Assembly (NCBI GenBank): GCA_965213685.1
Contig: CBDBZY010000041.1
Location: 480,001-544,000, forward strand
Direction of reading: 5' to 3'
DNA length: 64,000 bases
DNA from: a bacterium
GTDB lineage: Bacteria; UBA8248
Shown: one piece after another, positions 12,716-24,130 of the stretch
Numbering within the stretch: the first letter of the stretch is position 1
Layout of the letters: each line of letters starts with the position of its first letter
The notes under the pieces: generated by a model
Database searches by the model: none
What the model was told of the DNA's origin: nothing
The model's input: only the letters and a program-made list of their open reading frames with translations
Made by a program: the position numbers and the translations under genes

Positions 12716-13264
12716 TAATGCAATAGAGTGTACCTAACATCAACTCTTGTGTGGCAAAGACTACCATTGCAGACATTGAACATCAAGTGCTGCTTTTTAT
12801 TGCACCAGGAACACAGCGTGTACACCCAGCACCGAGTCCATTGTTCTCTCCTGCACTGAGGATGCAATGATTACCATGACATGCACCCAATACTTATTCC
12901 CATACATTGTTTTCTGATTCCCATATATACATTATTTTCTTTCTGCACTACAAGGGAAGGTAGTTGTAACCACATTGTGCAATCACCATGAAAGGGGGTC
13001 CAGTAGTAGGGATGCACATTCAAAACTGAGTCACTGTCTCTGACCTACCTCAATGTGGACCCCTTCATACTTGCATAGGATGCTGCAACTGGTGTATATC
13101 TCACAACAGTGAGTCAAGTGCAAATATAATCATGCTCGTGCTCAAGCTTGTACATCAAAGTTAATACTCCACATTGGGCTTTTACTCGATATTGAAGTTG
13201 TGACTCAAAACTGCACTACTACAAAGGTAAGGCATAATACACATGATGGCATACAAAAGATATA

Positions 13265-16200
13265 CTAAATCTTTCTTATTTGTTCGTAGGCATTCTGTAA
13301 CTCTAACTTTAAAGCACTTGGAATCCTACTGGAGGTGGTGAGTTCAAGAGGAAACAAAACAGAGGTGATTGGTATTGTCTCTCTCCATGTTGTATATATG
13401 CCTTGTTTTCGATATTTGTATAGCACCCAAGGTTGTGAATACGTGCCAGTCATCCATTCTATTACTACACTCTTCAAATCTCTCTCCAGAGCTACAACTT
13501 TCCCAATTTGAGGCTCCTCATCGCCATAACATTGTAAGAAGCATGCCACCACCATACCCACTTCAATTGTGTCACAATTCACAACAAATTCATTGTCCTC
13601 ACTCATATCATCTTCCCCAGCAGAGGAAAAAACTGAAGTGGGAGGACGTGGTGGTGCAGCAGGAACAGTCTCTCTGGGAGAATCAGTAGTGCTCTGTATG
13701 ATATATACAAATACACATACTTTCTTATACAACTGCTATAACATCACATCATTACCACACACCTCATGTGAAGAATTGAGTGGCTGTTCCTTGTGCTTCA
13801 CTGCAATCTAGAGCACATTAAAGAGTGCTGACATGCCAATACATACGAGTCATATTTTAACATACCTTTGCTGGAATATTAGTGTCTTTAGATACCAGTC
13901 GTGTAATCTCAGCTCCAAGTGGCTCTGGCTCTTGTACCATTCTTGTCGAGCTAGAAATTATAGCAGCTGACACAAGGGTTGGAAGCATCCAGGGAACTGG
14001 GTCTAGAGTGAGATGGTCCAGCTCTGCGGTCTTAGACATAAAGCTTTCCCACGCTTCCCATGCAGGACCTGAGAGCCACTGCCGGTACTTGTGCAGATCT
14101 CGTAAAAGGTGCTCTAGATCAATTTTGCCTGATGATGGAACCACCAGTGGTGCAACATCACTTGCATCTGGGCAACCCTATATTACATATAGGGGTGAAC
14201 TGAAATCATACATATGCATGAGTTTGAACAAAAATTACCGAAAGAAGATGAATTCCAACACCTGCAGGCTGCCAGGGGTTAGTACTAAACCTCTTGTAGT
14301 GCATTTCTGCTCTATTTGAAGAGCCCAAAGTGAATCTGAACACCAAGTACTTCGAGTGATTAGCAACATCACCAAGTACAGGAGCTAACCAGGACTTGAA
14401 GTCCCAAATGAAGGATAGAAGGTGAGCACTGGGATTTGGCGTGCTGCTGCGGTGTATGACCTGAAGTAAATCTGAAATTAGTCAGAACACTATTTAACAT
14501 TTCTGTGGTACATATATATGCCAAAATTATACCTGGTATTGACTCAGCGCCAGTATGCCGAATTTCATCTCCTATTTTTGAGAAAAGCTGATCAACATCT
14601 TCGTGGGTGTGCCCCACAGGAAGGAAATTAACTTGAACCTGTCCAAAAATGCATGTACAAAATAAATACAAACTCACAACATATCCTATTAAACCAGGCT
14701 ACCTTTTGGAAGATTCTTAGCTCAACAAGAGCTGCACAGAATCCAAGAACATATCTGTTCTTGTTCTCCCTTACTGTATTGTCCATTTGCAGATAAAGGG
14801 TTGAAGGAAGAGGTCTTGCTTTCTGGAACTCATTAAGGGTGTTCATTAATACCGTTAGAGTAAGGTTGCTGTCATGTGGCCACTGGAGGAGGTCAACATA
14901 GGCAAATGCCAACTTCCCACATGGAGCTTGTGTATGAGCAAGAACACCAGTCACATGAGTTCGCAAACGCCATAGTCCAGATGTAGACTTGGCAATGATT
15001 TTGGTGTTGGGCAAATTAGTTTTTGCCTGATCCATGCCATCAATAATGATAGCAACACACTTGTTGGGCTCAGATCTAGCCTTTTGTCGATGATGGTGAT
15101 ACTTCTTCCGCTCAGACCTATAAAGTAGGCAAACACTTAAGGCCTTTTCACACTTAATGCGCATTCAAGGCGACTCGAAGTGGATCGGGGTTGAATGCGA
15201 ATTCAAGGCGCATTGATCCATTTCACACTACGCGAAGCTCAATCCACTTCCTCTAGAGGTATACGGAGATGTGTCACGTGGTCCTGCCCGTATTTTGTGC
15301 GTAGAAGTGGCTGCGTGTCAGCTTCCTCATAGCTCTAACTTTAGGCCTGCCCGGAACATGAACTAGCTAGTGTATTGAGGTATTTGCTGGTAAAAGACGA
15401 CATCAGATCAGGAGGAGACGCGTTTACACGAAAGAGACTGTGATAAGAGCGGGATTACAGCGCAGACGTTGAGCTTTGTGTGCAAAGATCGGGAAAACTT
15501 GTGAGCATAGATCGCTTGTGCTATTTGTCCCTCGTTGTGCTCCCGCTGCAGCCTTGCACATACCACAGACACTGTATGCACATGCGGATGCAATTATGAA
15601 GGCGTGGTCCCGCGTGATAATTGGTCAATGCGCATTCAATCCACTTCAAACCACCTCCCGAGGTGGTTTGGGCCAAACCGGTTTGAATGCGCATTAGGTA
15701 GCAATGCGCATCGAGTGTGAAAACGCTCAATGCGCATTCGATGCGCATTGGAGTGTAGTGTGAAAAGGCCTTTAGGTTTCTGAAGCAACATAAGGGTGTC
15801 TCAAGAGTTCTTTTCAACAAACACTTACTCTACTTTCAGTAGGTGTTCTTGTAGTGCAGCTTTGAGTTCAGCTTGCTTGCTTTTGTCAAGGCATCCACTC
15901 CTCTCCAACTTCACTTTGACACACAGATCACACTTAGCAAACCTGTTTTGCTAGAAAAGGAATCAGCATGCAATGACAATATTCAAAGAAAACGAGCCCT
16001 TATGTACTTAACTGAATGTGCTTCACATGCGTATTTCACAGCTACGTAAGAGGAGGCAGCAATCTAGTAGGCATTCACTAAAGGCTGCATTGGAAGGCTT
16101 TCATGAGAGCCTAATAGATATGAATCACGAAAATCTCAACTGACACATATTAGAAGATGTGAAGCTATAACAAGCTTGAAGCACATATATGTATATAGCA

Positions 16201-17390
16201 TAATAAGAGAGTAATTTGCATGAAACCCAAATGCACATACACTAAAACTATTGAGTCATACACAACAAATAACAAGGCTTCCATCTCATAACAAATGTTG
16301 TTTCATTTCCAAGTTGACAAAAATCCCATACACAGCAGTACCATTCACTTGCTTCTGTGTGCCAGTCACAGCTTAAAGATGCCATAAACATGCAATATAC
16401 AAGCCTAACACCTCATAAACACTCCTACTCATGAATTAGAGGCAACAAATTTGAATCATAACAAATTCACACTGAAGTACATTCATTAATATATAATTCT
16501 AAACATACCTGGGGAATTACAACATTGGAAAAACTTTCTGCCCAGATCTTGTAAAACATACTCAGCGACACAATTTCTACAGCAGGAATGCCTTGAATGG
16601 TCATATCTTCCGTATACCGCATGTACACATCCTTTTGTGTTTCCCATGATGGCAAATGAATTTGAGAATTGTGTGGCATCTTGTCCCCCACCAAATGGAA
16701 GTACTTCGTCATCCATGCTTTGGCACTATTGGACTTTGTGTTTGACCTACGTCTGCCTTTGTTTCCATGCTCTGCCACCAGGACTCCATCTGACACAGAT
16801 TTCACTAAACGAGACAATCGGCGGGATGAAACTCCATATAATCGGGACCATGATGCTTGGCATATTTCAAAGCCAGATAAGCTGAACTTGACCTGCCGCT
16901 TCCCCTTCTCTTGCTCATGGCTATTCTCAAGAATTCTGTCCATCAACCACTGACGCTGCTCGTTCACTTTCAGTGAGTAATACCTCCTTCTGGCTGCCAT
17001 CACATCAAGCGCAGTAAGGTGGAGAAGGCACTGTCGGTGGCAACACTTGGACACCAAGAGGGATCCCACTAGCTCTCGTTCACTCTCACTATCATGTGAA
17101 GCAACATCACAGAAGGACTCACTTCCTGAGCTGGCCTTCTCCAGGGCATCGCCAACTTCTTTGTTCCTGCTGCTATCGCAGTCACGTTCCTCCGATGGAT
17201 ATACAGCAGAAAGATGGGAAGACTCGTCGCTAGGAAAGCACGCTCCATCACTAGATGACTCGAGACTGCTTAGAGAACTGAACAGGGGAGGTGTTATTTC
17301 TCGACTACATCTTCGCTTGGGGGTAGGACTGAGACTGCTAACACGCTGTGCGTCCGCGAAGTCGTCTGGGTCACTCGCCATCTCGTCCAT
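13265..17390 (-). CDS. DUF7869/Sola-like DDD transposase, 8 exons, ~847 aa, apparently intact
   Basis: Hand-spliced GT-AG exons 17390-16509, 15950-15829, 15117-14703, 14638-14533, 14471-14239, 14177-13866, 13807-13763, 13693-13265 (2544 nt, open frame). Motifs: CCHRQC, GDKMP, FAKCDLC, IIIDGMDQ, LQMDNTVRENKN, FLPVGHTHEDVDQLFS, WDFKSWL. Confidence 0.85.
15140..15771. mobile_element. PIF/Harbinger-like MITE in intron 2 of the transposase
   Basis: TTA|AGGCCTTTTCACACT ... AGTGTGAAAAGGCCT|TTA: 15-bp TIR and 3-bp TTA TSD, with internal AATGCGCATT repeats. Confidence 0.85.
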
Positions 17391-17778
17391 ATCCCGCTTT
17401 TGAAACAGGTTTCCGATACCAGTTTTAGAAACGTCCACGTGGATGGTCACGTGCCCGTACTTTGAACCGGCTTCAGAACTGGCTTCTAAAACTGGTTTCA
17501 CCAGTCTAATTCCACGTGGAGAGCCACGTGCGCGTATGGGTACGTACAACAAACCAGCTACTATCTACGGTCGCTTCAGTGTTGGTCTCCCTTCGTCGAA
17601 TCTCAGATTCCTCGGCCTCGTCTTCTCCTTCTTTCGTCGAAGTGATTGTTGTGACTAAGCTTACCTGTGCGGAGTGCTGGACTCGTGACTTGTGTGTACA
17701 CGTCCGTAGCGGAAGAGATTCAGGAGTGGTAACGTGTAGGGACTCAACGCTGAGAACAGTGCAGTTATCTGAAGCAAG
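17391..17778. promoter_or_regulatory. Putative bidirectional promoter between the transposase and the ParB-MTase-like gene
   Basis: 388 bp between two head-to-head predicted start codons; CpG-rich with three CCACGTG motifs (~17435, 17512, 17524). Positional inference only. Confidence 0.5.
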
Positions 17779-20700
17779 ATGACACGCCCTAAGAAGTGGT
17801 TTATGACGGAGAATGATGGTCACGGAGGTGGAATTGTGTTAAGAAATTGCGATGGTTTGTTGAAAAAGCCTAACGCCCTTCAACCACTTGGGCGTATTTC
17901 GAGTGTGACAGTTGCGGATGCGGAATCTTCCAAGTATGCTCAAAGCGTGCTGGTGAGTTTGTTCTATTGGCGACTGAAATGTTCTCCTCATAGCTCGATG
18001 GTGACCTTTCTATCTACAATACTGGCTACACCTAGTCTCGTGCCCAGCCGCCCCACCCACGGGGAGGAAGGAGCGTCTGGTAACTATTGAACGTATTCCT
18101 GGTCCTAACGCCTCGCAGTCAAAGGGTATCCGGTTACCGCAATTACGGTTGTACGGATTCGTGGACTATGCACCTGCAGTAGACATACATATAAATACCG
18201 GCCTTTGGTCGGAGCTCTAGCCTTTACAAAAGCTGATACGTCTTCCAGAGGGCTGCTTCTCCACTCTCTTCATTTCTACAATTGTTAGAGCCATACTTGT
18301 CTTTAGTATGAGCAGTAAGGACGCCATGCAGTCCACCATAGAATGGCGGCGTTCTCTCTTCGAAGTGTAGCACCGTAAATGAACGAATACTAGTTTCAGA
18401 TCGAGCGACTGAACACACATCTAGTACTGCTATGTACAAGGAGCCCGTGCTTCACTCCCGCTCAGGAACAATCCAATCATCTTCTCTTCTACGCAGACAT
18501 GGCCCAACGTCCGTAAGTGGCCCAGCACATGCAACGACGCGCAACTACGATAGCTAAGAGAGCCTAGAAATCCCTGGGGTGGCTGTGCACTGGACTTTGA
18601 ACCAACTTCATCTACATACTTTGCGGCGCACGTGCGATTTGATTGACAGTTCTGCAACCTGATTGGTGAGCCTGAATTCCGGCGCAGAAAGGTGTTAGGA
18701 CCAAGAAATGCTGCAATAGTTACCAGACCCTCTTTCAGGCGGGCGCACGTGAGGGTCTGGGCACGAGACTAGGGTACACCAGTAACGGGTGTGGTGTGAA
18801 TTTGTGATTGTGATACCTTAAGAATGCACGAGGCTCTTTGATTAGCGTTGGTGTCTAGAGTTGTGGGTGTTAGGGGCATGAGTAGTGTAGAATTTAGATT
18901 GTGTGTACAAAATTGATGTACTTGAGGTTAATTTTTGCACAGAGTAACAGTATATTTCTTTTCCAGTTTAAGTGTGAAAATGGAAGAATAGTCCTGCCTC
19001 TGAAGTGTCATGAATGGAACCAGTCTGATTTTTCAGCAAAGTTTTCCAGTGTTACCTCTGCAAAAGAATTTGAAGCTAAATGGCTTGAAGAAATGTCTGG
19101 CTCAGCACCAAATGATGCTACAGATTCTTCTACCATGCCATCTCCCATGTCAACATCAACACAGAGTGAGCAATCCAGTAGACTGGCTCATGCCAGTACA
19201 CCTACATCAAGTGGATTTGTGCCGTCTGACCGGCCTCCTAAGCGTAGGCATGGTGAAAGTAAGTCATCCCAGGGTGCAAGCCATTCATCATTCCAATCAG
19301 GCATCTTGAGTGAATCACCATCTAAAAGATGCAAGTTTATTAAGGAAGGGATTGACGAAAGGATTGAAAGATGTCGCAAAGGTAAGTATATAAAACGTTT
19401 TAGGAACACACCCCTTATTGTCAGTAGTCTGTGTTTCACATAGTTCCATTGAACTTTCTCTGTTGATTCTTGTATGCAGGATTGATGGAGTTACCTGTTT
19501 CGCAGTTATCTCAACCCCCCAGGGAATCACGTCTGCTTCGAGAAGCTGATCCAACATTTGTTCGCAACCTGAAGCTAAAGATGACGCAAGATCCATCTGC
19601 ACCAGGGGCAACACCCATGGCTGTTCTTTGCAAGGATGTAGAAGTAATTACAGAATTTCATTTGAAGCACAAAAATGTGTATAAGTATGAAGTACTTGGT
19701 GGGCTTCATACTCTTATTGCAAAGAATCAGTTAATGGAAGAGTATCCTGGAAACCCCTTTTTCAAGGCTGTCACTGCTGATGTTTATGTTGGACTCAATG
19801 ATGAGGAGGCACTCAGGCTCGCTCAGAGGCATAATCTGAACTCACATTTTGTTCATCATGTGACACATCGGGATTTGGTATGTACAGCTGTAAAGTGACA
19901 TGGCGTGTGTGCAATGGTGGGAATACATTTACGTGCATGTGCATGCACGTTGTTTGATTGAAGATATATAGCTTGTAGCTAGTATAATTATCCTATGGTT
20001 TATATGGCAGTTAAGCCGCACTGATCTGAGGTTGCTTGATGTGTTCTATTGCTTTTTTGATGGTTTTTCTATTCCTATGTATTTTTCCATTTCTATCACC
20101 AGTTTGGAGTCAGCTCTACAATGTTTGGGCAGTCGTATCTTTCTTGCTATGCATGCTCCCAACTGACATTCATGCCAGTTAGATTTACGTTGGGCTCTTT
20201 GTATGTACATTACTGGATTGTGTCACCACTGAGTCTTCCTTTTCAATGTAGGTAGAGGCCTGCCGCGCTCGACTTTACAGGATGGAGGGGAAAAGTATGG
20301 ATGCAGAAACCCCACAGCCATCTGCAGCCTGGAGGGAATCATGCAAAAAGGCAATCATTCCTGAGGTAACACCTGTACACAATCTTTGATGGATGACGGT
20401 GACCTATATGTATGTTTAATTTCCACAGGATATCTCAAATACACATCGGGATGCCATCTTTTTCCAAGCTGCCTTCACAAAGAAGGTCTGGGACCTTGCA
20501 GTGGAGGTTATGGACCTTTTTGAGCAGGCTAAGCTGAAAGGACAACGACTTAATCTATCTACATTGCTAACAAAGCCCGAGTTTAAACAACAATATTTTG
20601 CTCCAATCAGACGCCTAGATGAGAGTGAACAATGCTGCCTTCTAACTAAGGTTCGTGCGTATTCTAAGGCCATGGTTTGATATTTTGGTATTAATTTATA

Positions 20701-21869
20701 CCTCTGTGTAATTTAGTTTTCCTCTGTGTTGCTAAGTATAACTGCAGCCATTTTGTAGGTGATCAATGGAGAGTGTTCACTTGCTGATCTGAAATTGGAA
20801 GCCGCTGACATCAAGCAGATGAGGGCCTTGAAGACAGCTTTTCTTCGTTTGACCAACACTGGTACGTGGGAAGAAGCCAGTGAGAAGTACCCGGCATTTG
20901 CATCAGAACAGCATCTACGGAAGTTCATGAGAATGGACTTAAACAAATGTATTCCCCAACCTTTTGCTGATTTTTGTACTCGAGCCAAGCTTTCTGAATC
21001 AGATCCAGACAGTGAATGTACTTCCTCTAACCTCTGTGTGAAGTGCCACACCTCAGTGGCCTGCGTTATTGATGCAAAATCTACTGAGCTTAGTGGACAA
21101 ACTATCACAAAGAGGTTTGCATCTTTCAAAGGTGCAAAAATTACTTTGATCTCACTAGATGCGGTATGTTTTTCAAACAGTGTTTTAGTAATTTTGTTTT
21201 AATTGCTTTGTATTCTTTCACGCAGGATTGTACGAGGGAAACTATTGAAAGCTTAGCGTATACTATCAAGGAAATAAATGCTGTAGCTGGCTGCAGCACA
21301 TACACTGTTGGAGCACTCTCTTGCCCAGCCTCCTTTCAAGTCATACAGGAAGTGTGGACAAAGGTTTTTGTGAATGCAGATGTTCTGTTTGCAGCAGTAA
21401 AGACAACTAAACAAGGTACTTACTTGTGAAGCATAGTGTTTTTATGATATAATATCATTTTCAATTTTAACTTGCAGCTCGTACCTCCCCACGCTTGAAT
21501 TCCTGTGTTACTGTTGTTGTTTTGGGTTTTTTTTCACCGGATGACATGTTGAAGGATGAGCATTTCAATTTTAACCCTGGAGAGCCCAGAAATAACTACT
21601 TTGAGGGAACAGAGCAAGAAATGTTTATGCATATTATTCAACACTTCTCTCCTGATGGTTGCACTGTTCTGGACATGACTGGATGTTCTGGTAAGCATCT
21701 TACCATTTACTTTATGTGCCAAAATTATGCATGGATATTATTGTAATATATAGGAATGGCATCAAGAGCTGCCCTCACTAGTGGGAGAAATGCGGTATGT
21801 GTGCTAGACGGGGAGGAGCTCTGTTCAGCTGCTTTCACGTCTCTATCTGAACTGTCTTCTGATGACTAA
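17779..21869 (+). CDS. ParB/Srx-like domain, helical region and permuted amino-DNA-methyltransferase-like domain; 9 exons, ~748 aa, apparently intact
   Basis: Hand-spliced GT-AG exons 17779-17952, 18967-19381, 19480-19877, 20252-20365, 20429-20650, 20759-21163, 21226-21415, 21478-21690, 21754-21869 (2247 nt, open). ParB-like part: LPVSQL...LREADPTFVRNLKLKM...YEVLGGLHTLIA...VYVGLNDEEALRLAQRHN. MTase-like C-terminus: MFMHIIQHFSPDGCTVLDMTGCSGMASRAALTSGRNAVCV (compare LI...S.PGD.VLDPF.GSGTT..AA...GR..IG). Confidence 0.8.
18033..18771. mobile_element. AcademH-like MITE in intron 1 of the ParB-MTase-like gene
   Basis: TAGTCTCGTGCCCAG ... CTGGGCACGAGACTA; 9-bp TSD GGCTACACC / GGGTACACC (1 mismatch). 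Confidence 0.8.
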
Positions 21870-22099
21870 TTAAATGAACTGTTTATCAAGGTCACCAAAT
21901 ATGTAATATTGTGTTGCATTCACTTCGTCATGTTCTCTTCAAACAATATGTTGTGAAAGTTACCTTTGAGTGTCTTTTGCATGTGGCACAGCACCCAATT
22001 TTGAGTCCTAGCTTGACAAAGACCAAGCTCTATCCCTTAACCCTAATTTACTATATAGAGCACATGCTGCTTGAGTGCTTTCATGTAGCTGCAAAGAAA

Positions 22100-22940
22100 T
22101 GTCAAAGCTGGGACTTAATTTTGAATTCTCTTCAAGATGAGCGTGGGAGATAGAACATAATTGCAGACTTGAGTGGTTTGTCAAGAAGATGTAAGCTTAA
22201 GAGTTGGCTTTCCTGGAAGAAGGGACTCAAAATTTAATTACAACTCATTAAACTGCTCACCTTATAAGGGAGGGAGAGAAATTAGAGTTCTACAAGCTAG
22301 TCATATGAGAAAAGAGACTCAAATTTGAGTTCCATAAACTAGTTGCATGAAGAAAGGGACTCAAATTTGATAACTCGCCTAGGGGAGGGAACTCAGCCTT
22401 GAGTTCAGCAAACTGCTCACCTTGAAGTATGGACTCAAATTTGAGTTGTACAAACTGCTTGCCTCTTCAAGAGTTTTCAGCTTTGAGTTCTGTTTGTTGC
22501 TCACCTTGAAAACAGACTCACCTTTGAGTTCTATCAACTTTTCACTTTGAAAAAGGGACTCAACTGTGAGTTCTTCAAACTGCCCCCCTTGAAGAAAGGA
22601 CTCAACTTTGAGTTCTGTGAACTGCTCACCTGGAAGAAGGGACTCAACTTTGAGTTCTGTGAACTGCTCACCTTGAAGAAGGGACTCAACTTTGGGTTCT
22701 ACAGTTGGCTCATCTGAAAGAGGACACGGCTATGACTCCCACAAACTTCACATTTTGAAGTGCTCACCTTGCATCAGAGACTCAACTTTGAGTTGTACAA
22801 GCTGCTCACCTATTCAACCTTGGGTCAGGCAGTTGCCTCACCTGGAAAGAAGGTTTCAGCTTTGAGGTGTGCAAACTGCTTACCTGGAAGAGTAAAGGGA
22901 AACCTGGAGAATATGACTCAACTTTGAGTTTCTGGAATCA
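22100..22940. repeat. Right subterminal tandem array, ~42-bp degenerate monomer
   Basis: Consensus GGGACTCAACTTTGAGTTCTGTGAACTGCTCACCTTGAAGAA, best preserved at ~22555-22700. Shares the GGGACTCA-N3-TTGRGTYC core with the reverse complement of the left array. Confidence 0.85.
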
Positions 22941-24075
22941 CACATTTGAAAGATGCGACTTAAACGAGGGACTGGGTAACAAGCTCATGTACATGAACCT
23001 GAAGAAATTTAGTGTGTAAAGGACATTTCATATGAGACTCACTTGAGAAATGCAGTGAAAGTTTGATTAACACTCAGATATTGAGAAACTAAGGGCAAAA
23101 TGTTGAGTGTTACCTTCACATTTCACCATAGTCTTGAGTATATCTCAAGAAAGTGCCTCAAAAACCTACAGAGAGTAAGGAAAGAGGGTGGTGTCTGCTT
23201 GCTTTCTTGAGTTATTATCTCACAAAAGTTGCAATTTCTTCATTAAAAAATTGATTACAAAATGACAAAATAATTTCCACTGTGTTCTAAACTGTTCTTT
23301 ATTCATATTTTATTACCCATGCATGTGCACTTGTAGTGTTGCTATGGAAACTGACATATTTTTGTAGTTCATCATTGGTGATCCTGTCTAGAAATTGTAG
23401 TACATGGTGTAGATATGTACTTAAGAGCTTTTAGAACATGTTATCTAGGTATATTAGGTCTATAAATGACCTATTGGCTCAAACCTCCAACCAGAGGACA
23501 ACCTCCGAAAAGAGAACAAAACCTCTGCTCCCAAAGTGTCCTTTATTCGGAGGTTCCACTGTATACATGTACATGTACATGCATATAAAATTATTGTATG
23601 TGTACATGTACATTGGAGTCATGTTCAAATAGTCGTACATACTGTACATGCACATGTACAAAAGGAATTACTGGGGGAAATGCTGAAATGTAAATTTCGC
23701 CTGTTAGTGTAACTGTCTATACACAGCGCACGCAGCTAGACTTTCACAGGGCCATTTTGTGCGAAAGTAATAGGCATAAAAGTTTGCCTTGAGTAACACA
23801 AGGGCAGGTTTGGCGTTAAATTTTGCCTTTATGTACAAAGGCAATATTGGCATAAAATGTTCCCTTTGTACACAACGACAAAAATTCCTATTTTATGCCA
23901 AACTATGTACGACCCGTCTACAAAACACACCCCAAATCACGTACACTCGCGCTTCAAGGGCAAGTGTCCGTGGAGCCGGCGAAGCTAGCTAGCCTCTGGA
24001 GTCAGTGTGCCAGGCGCCCAACTTGAGTACACGCTGATATGTGACATACGGTCACGCCGTGCCCCACCCCCTAAC

Positions 24076-24130
24076 TAGTCTCGCATAGCCAGACTCTCTC
24101 GGCAAGCGGAGAGAGTCTGGCTTCGCACTA
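24076..24130. mobile_element. 55-bp hairpin mini-element with AcademH-like termini
   Basis: TAGTCTCGCATAGCCAGACTCTCTC-GGCAAGCG-GAGAGAGTCTGGCTTCGCACTA; 9-bp flanks CCCCCTAAC / CCGCCTAAC. Confidence 0.65.

Larger units (their letters stand above)
9537..23286. mobile_element. 13.75-kb two-gene DNA transposon (DUF7869/Sola-like transposase plus ParB-methyltransferase-like gene) with subterminal repeat arrays
   Basis: CTAA|AACACAGTGGAAAGTATATTGTC (9537) and GACAAAATAATTTCCACTGTGTT|CTAA (23286): imperfect ~23-bp TIRs and a 4-bp TSD at 9533-9536 and 23287-23290. Inverted tandem arrays lie inside both ends. Confidence 0.85.
7990..23561. mobile_element. pogo/Tigger-like (Tc1/mariner) element, ~1.8 kb in itself, split by a 13.75-kb nested transposon
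   Basis: TA|CAGTGGAACCTC ... GAGGTTCCACTG|TA. The flanks CATCCAA-TA and TA-TACATG are contiguous (CATCCAATATACATG) in the paralogous copy at ~26439-26453. Contains a Tigger-type transposase remnant. Confidence 0.85.

Noticed and set aside
10261-12867. Many Cys/Trp/Gly-rich ORFs (GPCYGWYCHV...)
   Set aside because: Translations of the 43-bp tandem repeat in all three frames; the unit length is not a multiple of 3.
21478-21869. Calling the ParB fusion an active 6mA/4mC methyltransferase
   Set aside because: No DPPY/NPPY/SPPY motif IV is visible and motif I is altered (DMTGCSG). Only fold-level similarity is supportable.
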